Assembly: GCA_001949185.1 (NCBI GenBank) | Contig: BDGG01000010.1 | Coordinates: 1,249,773-1,313,772, forward strand | Direction: 5' to 3' | DNA: 64,000 bases | Source: Ramazzottius varieornatus | Taxonomy: Eukaryota; Animalia; Tardigrada | Part shown: positions 1 through 12,300 of the stretch, one piece after another | How positions within the stretch are numbered: the stretch's first letter is position 1 | Layout: every line of letters starts with the position of its first letter | Notes under the pieces: model-generated | Told to the model about the DNA's origin: nothing | Databases searched by the model: none | Seen by the model: only the letters and a program-made list of their open reading frames with translations | Position numbers and translations under genes: made by a program

Positions 1-68
1 CGATCTGCTTCAGTCGATTACCTTCGTCTCGCTTATTAGAGGTTCGGAAATTATTCCAAGATAATCCA

Positions 69-1237
69 TTACTTTTCTTCGAAATTTACCTCCTTCGTGT
101 GGGACTCTTCGATTCTGGACGTGAGGCCGGCTGGTCCTTCTTCGTACTTCCGTGACTTCTTGTGGACATAGGTGATGCCGTTATGTTCCCCGTGGGTATA
201 TTCCTCTTCGTCCGCATGACCATAATTCCGATCTTCAACTTCGTCGTGAACACTTTCGTGTCCATTCACGGCGTGCGTATGCTCGTTGTACAGAACCACG
301 GCCTTTTCACTTTCCTCCCCACTAACAAAAATTTCGTCCTTTATGCGTGTCTGTCAATAAGAAAAAATGACATCGTTGCCCGCGCATGCAACACAGAAGG
401 AACGAGACAAGTTTCGATTTTGTTCGAACACGGTCTAACAAATTGACAATGCGCGCTTCCTTTGTCCGATTGGTCAAGGCTGCACCCAAGCACCGCGATC
501 AAGGCCGTGCTCAATGGTACTCTCTTCCGTGTTCAAGATTTTAGAGCCTATTACAGGAATAGCTATCCCGCTTCGGAGAAGTACGATGTGACTGCTACCT
601 TTCTGGATCGTTCAATTTTACGGGAGCGCTGGTTCGTTTGAATTTCCTTGAGCTGCCATCCTTCGGGAAGAACTATGGGAAGTTTGTCCGGGTCCAGAGG
701 TACACTGTCCGGCTTGCCGCGAATCTTGACGACTAGGTTTCCGTCCTCACCTACGGTGCACTCGATCTTCCCTGGACCGTTACCGTTGATGGGAACCAAG
801 TCAGTCTGATTGGATAAAAGCCGTTATTAGAAAAAGTTGCACATCAGTCAAAAAAGTGACCAAGCGTGGTTCACTCTTACCGAGGTCTTTTCTCCATCTG
901 GGCCAGTTGATCTCTTTGGCGTTTCCTCACTGTAGGTGTAGACATATTCGATCGGAGGTTGGTTGCTGTCTCCGGAATACTTGTATGAGTCCCGTTTCGT
1001 TCGTTTTTCTGTAATTAGAAATACGGCCGATGATTACCCCAAACTTCACTTCGCACAGCACGTGAACCCGGAAATGGGAAATCAATCGAGAATACTTACC
1101 ATGCCTGGAGGAAGTCTTGTGTTTTACCTAAAATCATGGATAAAATTATGCATCAGATCCACATATCTCACCTGAACAACTACAGTAGTACAGTGGCCAA
1201 ATATCGAATTCAGGGATATCCGCGCACGATGTCTCAT
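69..1237 (-). CDS. Multi-exon orphan protein, hydrophilic, His/Glu-rich C-terminus
   Basis: Phase-compatible exons read by eye: MRHRARIS...VVQ|VKHKTSSRH|EKRTKRDSY...EKTS|TDLVPINGNGPGK...|...TRIKDEIFVSGEESEKAVVLYNEHTH...EEK*. No family recognised; internal junctions uncertain. Confidence 0.5.
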
Positions 1238-1473
1238 TTGATTGATGCGCAGGAAATTTGTTCGATAGTTTAAATTTAGCAGGCAATAAAAATTTTGGTC
1301 GAAACTGCAGGTCGCAGATCATTTATTACAACCTCCGGGTACAGTTACTTATCTAGCTGAAAATCGTAATGGCTTTCTCTTACAACTCTATATCCGCAGT
1401 TCCTTACTTTACCCATACTGTATGCAGCTCAAGAAGTTTCGAGCCTGACATGCTTTCAGCTTTGTAAATTCCG

Positions 1474-1984
1474 ATTTATCTAATATTATTCGATCTGTGT
1501 ATCCTCTGATGCATCACTTAGATAAATGTAGTATCGTGGAAATTTTGTGAAAAAAACCTTCACGTACCTCCAACACTGGCTCTTCGGAATAGCGGTTCCC
1601 GTGATGAGCGATAGGCCGAGCAGGGATAATAGCTGTGATGGGTTCTTCCGCGATCACCATGATCGCGAACGTCCAGCAGACTTCCTCCTACGGTTATCTT
1701 AACTCCCAGCAAGCATTTGGTACCTCAAATCAAGACTCCAGTACGTCGAAGCTCCAGCGAATTAGACAACTCGAACTTGGATTCGTTTTGCAACAAACGA
1801 GGAAAGGTGATCGAGAATGTTTAGCGCCGCAGAAGACAAATGCTGTCAATCCGAAGTAGCACATTAGTCATGTGTAACAAAACGAGCGCACTTACGCATC
1901 ACTGGCTCTTGCGTACGTCCATCTTTGCAGCATTTATCTAATATTATTCGATCTGTGTATCCTCTGATGCATCACTTAGATAAA
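1474..1984. repeat. Two identical 53-bp direct repeats (1474-1526, 1932-1984), each with inverted ends
   Basis: ATTTATCTAATATTATTCGATCTGTGTATCCTCTGATGCATCACTTAGATAAA occurs twice; the ends TTTATCTAA/TTAGATAAA are reverse complements. Confidence 0.95.
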
Positions 1985-3053
1985 AGAGAATCGAAAGTCC
2001 TCGTCGGTCAATGGCTTACCGTAGAATAGTTCTATGAGACAAACCACTGAGATGACAGTTGGGAACGCCCTTATGATGGAAAAAGCCCATAACACCCGAG
2101 ATGACCTCAACCTTGGCGGATATGAATTATGTAAAATTTCGAAGAGATTTGTCAGATTATAAAAAGTGGCAACAGTATTAGCTTCCAAAGTAAACAAGAG
2201 CAACTTTGGCGGTAATATTGCTTACCCGATTCTCCTTTAGGACATTGCCGCGACAGATAAAGAGTTCCACTGGATCCTCAAAGTGAGACAAAAACCTAAG
2301 CGAAGAAGGTTTGCAATCATAAATACAAACAGCGCGACTTGTGCTGACTTTAATGTTTTCAGTTGGGTGTACAGTGTCGAAGCGGCACACTGTCAAAGTC
2401 GTGTCAATGTATTCAGAAGAGAAAAAACTACAACACGCCAGACCGGTGTCTCCTTTTGTGGACAACGGTGTAGTATGAGTAATACTGTAGCTCGTAATGC
2501 GTGCTTCGTAATATTACACAAAACGGTTAGAGGTAACCATTGCGAGCTTGCATATTGGCCCGCGGGCGGCGGGCCAATATCGGTAGGCTCGTCGAGTCTT
2601 TCTAATGGTACGTAGATCGCTTCGGAGCGGCTGGCCTACAGACAGCGACTTCGAGCACGAGCACAACAAACTGAACACATTCCAGATGCACAAATCACAG
2701 TCAAATAGGTATACACGTAAGATAAACCATTAGAATACTCCACGCTTGGTCAATCATTCAAAGCCGGGGTCGGAACCGCTATGGTTGTGAAGACACTTGC
2801 CTTCCGTTCGTCATCATCTGCCGCAATAAGATGAATATTCATATCAATGCAGCCTTTGCCAGATTACCGTTAACCAACTTCAACTCATACCTCTGCGGTA
2901 GTTCCGTTGGCGAACTAACCAGGTTCCCGTCTTGTTCTTCAAACAGCAGCGAATGGATCAGCTTCGGTGGGGTTCGGTGGGACGGTTTCCTTCTTAATCT
3001 TGCGGGCCTCTTCTTTTGCAGGCTTCTTCGCCAGACTCCTGTCAGAAAAAACA

Positions 3054-3843
3054 TTAAAAATATGTAAGCATTCCCCACAACCACAAACGTAGTGCTCGTA
3101 AGGGCAGAATAGTACAACGAGGACGAAGAACGAACCCTTTTTGTCTGAGGTTTTCGAGATGTTCAGGTAAAGGCGAGTTCCAGTCTGTGCGGGGTTCGTC
3201 GCGGAGCTGCCAGACGTCGTTACTAAGAACATTTGCAACTCGAGTAGCGACCCTTTGCTTCTCGTGAGCGATAATGCTTTTCTGGAACATGCAAAACGGC
3301 ACAGTGCTCACCGGTCAGACGTCAGGGTGTGATATAATGTAACTTAGGTGCTAGCAGCGTAAGACAGTCTTAAGCGAGTGTAGATCTAGACTGTGTTTAC
3401 CACCCACCAGCGCTTGCAAGTCCAACGTGTCCTGGTACTTCACGCAGTTGACGTAGTCTTCCTTCCATTCGGAACAATCCCTTGTCTCGCCAGTTGTGAA
3501 CAGCTGATGGAACTTACCTCGATATGCTACAGAAAGTACCGGAGCAGTCAAATAAGGAAGCTTTATTTCAGCGCTAGTCAACTCAAAGCCATGGCTTTGG
3601 ACCTTTGGTCAAGTGCTCGAAGGACCCCAACGACACTTACAGTTGCAGTCTCTATATTCTTCTTTGTACATCTCACAAGGCCGAATCTGCAATGACAATG
3701 AGTCAACTTGTAATAGCTCCGAATGAGAAAGAATTCACAATTACAAAGTTTAAAGCGCATCCTCATGTCCGGCGTGATTTACAGAAGCTGGAAGCACTTG
3801 CCATCCATCCTCCGTGTACTTTTCTTTCGTCACCTTCCACCAT
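3054..3843 (-). CDS. C22orf39: UPF0545 / C22orf39 (PANTS) homolog, 4 exons
   Basis: Exons 3843-3802, 3686-3641, 3526-3408, 3281-3054 give GWMIRPCEMYKEEYRDC...DCSEWKEDYVNC...VWQLRDEPRTDWNSPLP, matching the family pattern RPCxxY..C / CxxWxxD..C / VWxxRxxPPxDWxxPLP. First intron is GC-AG. Confidence 0.88.
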
Positions 3844-4430
3844 GATCCCGAACCAACTTCCAGGGAAACTTTTGAACACTCCGATCGCGATCCGCCGCCG
3901 ATATCTCGTGCGTGACAAGTGATGAAAGTTCTAAAAACAAAAATCAGTCAACTGTAAACTGTTGAGCAGTAAGGCTAATCAAAATGCATTCGCAATCAAC
4001 GCACCCGGAGAAGCCAACGTGACAACGATTACAAAGTAATGTCATGTCATGTCATGTCATTGTTTGGGTTTTAGACAGATCGTTATTTGCAAATGGCGGT
4101 TGCTCTAATGCTCTTCGACTGCTAATACTTTCGGCTCTTATTCATTCTGCCTCGTTTTCATCTCTCCAGCGAAGTGCTCCCCATCCTTTTTTTCCAGGAT
4201 CGTTATTCTGGGCATGCTTGAAACAATATCAATGCCGGATACGACGTACAGAATTCTCTTCGCCTGGGCTTCGCTCTTTTCGCTCCGAACAGAAGGTAGT
4301 CAAGGTACGTGTGCCACTCGGAGAGTCTTGTCCAGTTAATTTTATCCGTATATTTCCAAGCGAGACGGTAGGCACGACCCTTATCCCTAGCTGATCTTAT
4401 GGGTTGTTGTGCCTTCCAGGAAAGTAAAGG

Positions 4431-5561
4431 ATGGCATATCCATACTATACGGTCCGAATGCGAAACTCGGTGAGACCGCATCTGATTCCAGCGTCAGAAA
4501 GCAACCTGAATGAGTTCAAGATGGATGCCTATGCTGACGCCGACCTCCACTTTCTGGAATCTGCAACATCTGCGAGCGAAGAGGAATGTGGGCAGACGCT
4601 TTATGCCAAGGATAAGGTCGTCAAGTATTCTCGCCAGTTTGCTTTCCTTAGCTCTCTTGTGCCTGATGACCTACACTCTCCCCTCATGAAGCCATTTGCA
4701 GCTCTGGACTTCGTGACTGATATTCGAGACTTCGATCTGTGCAACAGCCACTCCGATTACCCTCAGCTGTACCTCGTCGTAGACAAGCTCAAAGAGGACA
4801 CTGTTGAGAAGGTCATCCGATATCTTCAGAAGCAGAAAACGCTATCGGTTGCCTTCGTCCAGTCCATACATGAAGAACACGACTTGGGGCCGCTCAAGTC
4901 CGTCCTCGCAGTGGCCTCTTCCCGTATCGTCTTTCTGTTTACTTTACAGTTTTCCACTTTGGCTCGCCGGAAGTATCTTGGAGGCATGTTGACGGATTTT
5001 GGAGTGATGAAAGTTGTCCACAATGCTTCTTCGTTCGAGAAGGACCTGACCGATCTCTTCGGAGTTCAACTTCAGCCCTTCATGGACGTCGCCTTGACTC
5101 AGCGGCAGATTTTGAAGACGGACGGACGGATGTTTTCGTTACAGGACCTCGTCATATATTACGCCAAAGTTTCTCCTACTTTTAGAGAATTAGTCCGTCT
5201 CAACTTTCCGCGTCTTCGGATGGTTGAAAGTTCTTCGAATAGTGTGGCTAACATCCAGTTGGAGGTCGTGGAGAAAGTCGTGTTCCTGCAGGCTATCCAG
5301 AAGTATCAGCTCACAATGTTGATGAAGGAGACTGTTGGTGAGACCAAAGCGGTGGTGGAAGGAGTATACGAGTCTCGTGAGGCGGCGGTGTTCGCAGCTG
5401 AGGAGCGTTATGTGCACAGTGTGCCGGAAAGAACCTCGCCTGTTCGACTGGAATCGGCTGCCTCGACCGACTCAACTGCTTCATCTGGGGAGCACAAGGA
5501 GTGGGAAGATGGACTGGAGGAAGAGTGTTTTAGCAGTGGAACAGCGATCATCGTTGGATAA
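4431..5561 (+). CDS. exd1: EXD1-like degenerate 3'-5' exonuclease-domain protein (piRNA pathway), intronless
   Basis: 376-aa ORF. YLQKQKTLSVAF, LAVASSRIVFLF, MKVVHN, DLFGVQLQPFMDV and SLQDLV align by eye with EXD1 (HIKKQNVLSVAAE, LQVATNCRVYLF, LKVIHD, QYGILLNNVFDT, TLQESL). Confidence 0.72.
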   Translation: MAYPYYTVRMRNSVRPHLIPASESNLNEFKMDAYADADLHFLESATSASEEECGQTLYAKDKVVKYSRQFAFLSSLVPDDLHSPLMKPFAALDFVTDIRDFDLCNSHSDYPQLYLVVDKLKEDTVEKVIRYLQKQKTLSVAFVQSIHEEHDLGPLKSVLAVASSRIVFLFTLQFSTLARRKYLGGMLTDFGVMKVVHNASSFEKDLTDLFGVQLQPFMDVALTQRQILKTDGRMFSLQDLVIYYAKVSPTFRELVRLNFPRLRMVESSSNSVANIQLEVVEKVVFLQAIQKYQLTMLMKETVGETKAVVEGVYESREAAVFAAEERYVHSVPERTSPVRLESAASTDSTASSGEHKEWEDGLEEECFSSGTAIIVG

Positions 5562-6033
5562 GACACAGTACGAACTAAGACCAGTCGCTAAGATCATGGA
5601 CGTTAGTCTTTTGAACAGTTTTCCGACACTGTTGATCCTACTAATATTTGTGTTATTTTTTCGGAATTTTCTGCGAAAGTTGACAAATATTTTTCAAATT
5701 TTCACGCTTTAGGTAATATTCAATTCAAATTGTGATCTATCCGTACAAAAGTTCCCGGCACAATGATACGGCCAGTCTGGGAGATTACTCGCCTTTTTCT
5801 CAAAAGTTTATCGACGATTTTTTGTTTACCAGTTTATTCTGGAATAATTATTGTGACTATCGTTCTTCGACAAAATTGATGTGTGAACGCCCCTGGAATG
5901 TTTCCTTAGGAACTCACCCATTTTGTTCACGTGACGCAGGTGAACAAAGACGATCGCAGGCTTAATCTGTTTGGAATTTGGTTTCGAACAGTTTTTCCGG
6001 CACTGGTTCTCTGAAGTGAACATTTGAAGAGTG

Positions 6034-9000
6034 ATGGCTTCGAGACCGTCGAAGAGCACAGCAACAGCTGGCGGTAGGGTCGATGCAGGGGCAGCGGGAG
6101 ACTCAGCCAAGCCTTTATTAGGAAGTCTAGCCACTCCACGAGGAAGTATCAAGCCTCCACCTCGGCAGATTACTATTGACCCAAACATTGGGCTTCCGTC
6201 GCTGGAGCCACACGCTGATGAGCCTCATGGAATATGGTACACCGTCAGGAAGTCGATCCGTGGTACATCACAGAACGTCAGAATAATATTTCTGTGGTCA
6301 AATTGTGCCATACTTACGCTTTCCACTTTTCCGGTTAGGGTTTTGGGCGACGAGAGAAACGGAAGACACTACAACCAATCGGGGGTTATACATCCGAACA
6401 ACGCTGCGAGAGCTCTTCGTGTATCTCATGTTCCTGATTACGACCCTCGTTAGTATGCTTTCAATTTATTGTTTTGGTTTCCGCTCCTTCTAACAGCCGG
6501 TTAAATTCGCTCTGTTGTTCGTCACAGTGACTTTCGGATCCACAAGTCCAACGATGTTCTACCTGACGCAAGCTCTCACTAACGTATTCGTCACGCCCTT
6601 CAAGGAACTGAATAAGTTCGACGATTTGTTCGCGGTAATGTGTGCGCCAGCCGCTCTTGTCAATCTGTCGATGGGTGGTCTCAAACTATTTTTCTTTGCA
6701 GTACTACAAAGGTTCGATGATGGATGGCTTGTACTGGGAGAACTGGTATAACAATGACAGTGCGGTTGAGAAGGATGGCATTATCTACTACGCAAATCGT
6801 GTACTGGGCGTACCACGGATGCGACAGTTCCGTGTTTCCAACAAGAGCTGCGCAATACCCTTGGAGTTCCATGAAATCATCGAAGAATGCTACGGAGACT
6901 TCTCCTCGGCCACTGAGAGCAAAGACGCGTTTGGGAATGGCTCTTACACGAACGACTCTGCGTGAGTGTCCTTGCTATAATCTCTCTCGTGCCAGATGTA
7001 TGAAGCTACACGTCGTGCTCTTTTTGCTTTTCCAGGTGGATATACCGCGAAGCGAACGAAACTGGCATGAGCTCACACAGGGGAAAGTTAGCCTCCTACG
7101 ATGGAGGAGGATATGTTCAGGACTTGAACCTAACGAAAGATGTATCGGAGGCCTTGATCAAGGACCTTGAGAAGGGTCGCTGGCTGGATCAGGCTACAAG
7201 AGCGGTATTGGTGGATTTCACGGTCTACAACGTAAACCTGAACCTCTTCGCGACCATAAGGTAAACCGTGGTTGGAGGCTTTTTTTGATTTTGTTGGACC
7301 TTACCCATCACGGATCGTTTCCAGGCTGTGCACGGAAGTCCCTCCAACAGGTGGTCTGGTTCAGTCGTCCGAAATTCGCACCATCAAGCTTCTGAAGTAC
7401 CAGACAAAGCGGGACTATACCGTCCTGGCTTTTGAATGCATGTTTGTCATATTCATTTTATACTACATCGGGGAAGAAGTGATCGAAGTGAGCAAGCTCA
7501 AAGTTCGGTACTTTAAGTCCTTCTGGAACGTCTTGGATATCTCGGTGCTGACCTGCGCTGTTATCTGCGTCGGCTTTAGCATAAACCATTACTTCCTGGT
7601 ACGGGAATCGACATCCTCCCAGCCTTCTTTTCTCGTATTAGACATGGCTGCAATACGTTTTAGGTACACGAGACGTTGAGTGCTCTCCTTGATATCCACG
7701 ACAGATATGTGGACTTTGAATACCTCAGCTTCTACCAAGTTATGTTGACAAACTCTATGGCAGTAACCGTCTTCTTCGCTTGGATAAAGGTAGGCGGATA
7801 GCGCAAAGCCGCAGAGGTACTTCATTCGATACATGTTACAATTTTTGATGGTTCGTTATAGCTATTCAAGTACCTCAGCTTCAACAAGACCATGATGCAG
7901 CTCAGCTTGACCCTAGGAAGAGCCGCCAAAGACATTGCCAGTTTCTCCATAATGTTCTTTATCGTGTTCTTCGCTTTCGCGCAGCTGGGGTTCTTCCTCT
8001 TCGGTACGCAGGTATTTACATTCATATGTTCTGGATCTCTGTAAGAATTGGAAAGTGCCGGTAAGATCTGTCTGTTCTCTCTGTAGTTGAATGCATTCCA
8101 GGATTTCGGATCTTCCTGCTTCACCTTACTGCGGACTATCTTGGGTGATTTCGATTTTGAGAAGCTTCAAGCAGCAAACCGCGTTCTTGGGCCTATTTTC
8201 TTCTTCGTGTACATCTTCTTTGTCTTCTTTGTGCTTCTAAACATGTTTCTTGCCATCATCAACGAGACTTACTCGGTCGTGAAGGAGGATCTTGCTTCCA
8301 AGCCCAACGATTTTGAAATAACCGATTATCTGAAGCGAGGTTTCAACCGAGTCTTACGAGCTCTCCACATCCGTCGACTCCAGCGGTGGCAAAAGAAGAC
8401 CAGCATGAAGTTCTTTGTAGAAGACAAGGCTCTAAAGCAGAAAGCTCAGATGGAACTGGAGAAATGGGAAGACGACTTGAAACATCGAGGATATACAGAC
8501 GAGGAAATTGTCGAAGTGTTCGGGAAGACTTCGTCGAGCGAACCTTTCCCTGTAAGGCGGATTACTCCCAGATCATGATCGAACTCAAGTCTGTTCTAGC
8601 GGACTGTTAAAGCTATGTTGATGGTTTGACCACTATTTTACTTATCTAGGAAGGTGAAAGTGATGAACAAACGCAAACCGGAACTTCGGAGAACGTTGTC
8701 GAGTAAGTTGAGTTCCACCAAATTTTTTTGTCGCAAACTCTTATTCAAAATATTCAATTTCAGGCTAGAACGTCGAGTGAAGAAACTAGAAGCAGCTCTG
8801 ACCGCCATCTTAGGACACTTTGACAGTTCCTTAGCCAAGCTGGAAGTCATGGAGAAGGCCAAGCAAAGCCGTGACAAGAAGCTGGACGTTATCATCGACA
8901 ACCTGGACGGCGTAAGTCTATAGCCCAGAAGCTTTCTACACCGACCACTGTACTTGGCTTCTTCCATTGCAGGGGAAATTCCACAAGCAAGAGCGGAAAG

Positions 9001-9107
9001 AGGAGCTGGTTCGAGAAGACCAAGCACGTCAGCGCAAAAAGAAGCAAAATGTTCCTACCACTCGTTCCGACACTGGTCTCACGAATACTCGAAAAACTTC
9101 TCAATAA
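6034..9107 (+). CDS. pkd2: Polycystin-2 / TRPP cation channel, multi-exon
   Basis: [94 protein letters not shown] and a C-terminal coiled coil; stop TAA at 9105-9107. Confidence 0.95.
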
Positions 9108-9358
9108 CTTTTGTCGTATCTGGTGATAATGTTTTCGTTTTACTGTAAAAACGACAGAGTAAAAATGAAAGAGAGGAAGAGAAGCGTATGTCATTATGAA
9201 TAAAAGTCATAATATAATTATTAGAGAAGCGAAGCACAGAAAACACATGAATATTTTTCCTTTTCCTTTCGATATTTCCTCCAAGAGTCGAGCAAATGAT
9301 AAGCTTGAAGAAAAGAAAGCGATTTATCAAAAAGCCCACAAAACCGACCGACTTTAAT

Positions 9359-12300
9359 TTAGAGTTTGTCCAAGTAGTTGCTCAAATCCGGGATGCCTTC
9401 TTTGAGTCCCTTGCGCTTGCGGGTGGTGGCCACCACTTGTGAGGGCTTGCTGTTGGCTTCCAGTGGATCTCCGGGCAAAATCTGCCAGTGGTCAAAGACG
9501 CACTGCGGGAAGGCTTGGCCACCCGTGTTGGAGCGGAGGTCAGCCGTGAAGCCAAACGACTCGTTGACCGGTAAGTAGGCCTTGACGACAAACATGGGTG
9601 TACCCACCACCTGGTTCTCTTCGATGACGTGACCACGACGACGATTCAGCACACCGTAAATACCACCGACGGCAGCTTCCGGGCACTGAATCTCCACCAG
9701 GTAGACGGGCTCCATCAGACGCGGGGCAGCCGTCAGGACGCAGGCGTAGAAGCAGCGACGAGCGGTGGGGATGATCTGGCCACCACCACGATGGATGGCG
9801 TCAGCGTGCAGCGTTACATCATGCACGTTGAACCGAATGCCACGACAGTTCTCCTCGCACAGAACACCTTCCTTGGTCGACCACTACAAGAAAAGACGTA
9901 TTCCCCATTAAAAAACCTGCCGCAAAACTTCACACAAGAGAAAACAACACGGTACAGCACAGACTGGCATAACGCTGGGAATGATTGTTGAACCATTCGT
10001 GGCACGCCGTAGGGTAACAGCCCTGTCATGCCATACAGGACGACATGACACGACCTGTTCAACTACAATCAACCGTACGGACTATCTAGCCTAACAAGAA
10101 CTTTGGACTTTCGATCTGAACCAGACCGGAACTCACCTGGAAACCAGCAATGACAGAGTCCTTGATCTCGTTGAGGTACTGGACACCCTTGGTGACGTCC
10201 ATCAGAATGTTAGGACCTTCGACATCGGGACCAAAGCACCAAATCTTACGGGCCTCACCGACATCATAGCCGTACTTGTCAGCCAAGATACGACCACGAG
10301 CCTTGAACTCCTGCTTGGCCGAAATCTCTCCACTGTCGATATCCTCAGCCAGACCATCGGGCATGGGTGTTGCCGACATGTACAGACGATTGTGCTTGTT
10401 GGGTGACTTGGACAAGCAAATCTCTGACGAAGTCTCCGAGACCGTCTCACGGTACGACACGACGGGATCCGACGTCTTGATGGGAATGCAGGCGTGATCT
10501 TCTTCCAGATCCTTCAGGCAAATTTCCAGATGGAGCTCACCAGCGCCGGCAATGATGTGCTCACCACTCTCTTCGATGATACATTGGACCATAGGATCGG
10601 ACTTGGCCAGACGCTTCAGACCTTCGACCAACTTGGGCAAATCAGCGGGGTTCTTGGGTTCGACTGCCACTCGCACGACAGGTGACACACTGAAAGAAAA
10701 AGAACACGACTGAATCCACTCATCACATCACTAAAACTTTCCAGTATCCATTCTCACACTCCAAAACCTCAAACTGAATTTTCAATCGACTTGTGAAGCC
10801 AAGAAACAAACAAAACTATCTTTCGTAAATCTGGCCCGGGTATTCCCCACACTTAACTATACACTAGACCGGCCAAAATTTACTGACCGACAAGATGTCA
10901 CGTGAGGAAGCGGGAAAACCTACAGTTGATGTTTTCTCACCTGAACTTCATAACCTTCAAGTTGTGTGCATCTTTGAAGGTGGAGATGGTACCAGTCTTG
11001 ACCAAGAACTGATCGACACCGACCAGACCGCAGATGTTACCCGAAGGCACATCTTCGATGGCTTCAGTGTTACGGCCCATCATCAGAACAGTCCGCTGGA
11101 TGGACTTCTCGTACAAGTCGTCCTTCTTGCCTGGCACGTAGTTCGGGCCCATGATTCGCACCTAAAGACAAAACCACGAGGATTAGAAAAGACGAACAGA
11201 AAGAGCGAGTTCAGTGAAGTTTTTACCTTCTGGCCGGTCTGGACTTTGCCAGAAAACACTCGACCGAACGCGTAGAAGCGACCCTTGTCGGAAGTGGGTA
11301 CCATCTTGGAGATGTACATCATCAGAGGACCTTCGGGGTCGCAGTTCTTGATGGCGACGGCAGCCTCATCATCGTGAGGTCCTTCGTACAGCATTTCCAT
11401 TCTGTACTTCTGGGCCGTGGCGGGCGAAGGCAAGTGAAGAGTGATCATCTGGAAGAGAACCTCACCGGCTGGCAGCCACTTCTGGAGGATGATTCGCAGC
11501 AGATGCTTGCCTGAAGAAAACAAAAATCAGGCAATGAACAAATACACAAAACTATGTCATGCGAGCTCAGGCTTGGCGAACAGGCTGGACAAGACTGTCT
11601 TCCGGAGTGGCGCAACCTCCACGAATATCGGCTGCAAACTTCGGCGCCACTTCGCAAAATCAACAAGATTGGTTTTCCAAGTGACGCGCGTTTTCAGTGT
11701 TGTCAGCTAATAGCGCGCGGCACTAATTGGAACAGAATTCGTCACAAGAATAAAACGGAAGATTTTCCAAGAAATACGTGCCTTCCTTTTCCTTATCTTC
11801 CAACTTGAGCTCGATGTTCAGCTTCTGGAGGAGCTTGTCGGTTTCCTCCTTCTTGAAATTCATGACAGCGTCGAAGATCTTGTACAGCGGGTCGAGGACA
11901 AAGAAGTTGAAGGAGCGCATCTCGTCGGCGCTGGTCTTCTGCTTGCTCCACTTCTTGGTCTTGGGGTTGTAGAAGTTCTCACCCCACAGACGGTTCATCA
12001 GCTTCTCCAAGTCAATGCCAAACTTGGCAGCGTACATTTCGGCAAACTGTTTCAGGGTGAAAGCCCAACCGTGCAGACCGGAGCCGAAACCGCAGTTACC
12101 CTTCGAGGGATCGATCTTGATGTCACCCATCGGACCTAAAAGGAAACAAAATCCGTCGTGATCACAACAACGAAAACACTGGCTAATATTCACTACTGAA
12201 TGCAAACAAAAGAATACATGGGACCTAGGCATAAAAATTCGACAAGATCTCATTTCAAATGGCGCATGCTTTCAGCCCAAAAACTGAAAACGTGCACCAC

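Noticed and set aside
2552-2580. 12-bp perfect hairpin as a Helitron 3' end
   Set aside because: No CTRR at the expected spacing and no other Helitron evidence.
2839-3117. IHSLLFEEQDGNLVSSPTE as a LINE ORF2 remnant
   Set aside because: Resemblance is too short; no RT or endonuclease motifs nearby.
11552-11655. H/ACA snoRNA in an eEF2 intron
   Set aside because: No ANANNA hinge, weak second stem, and the first stem (AGTGGCGC/GCGCCACT) matches the mini-element core.
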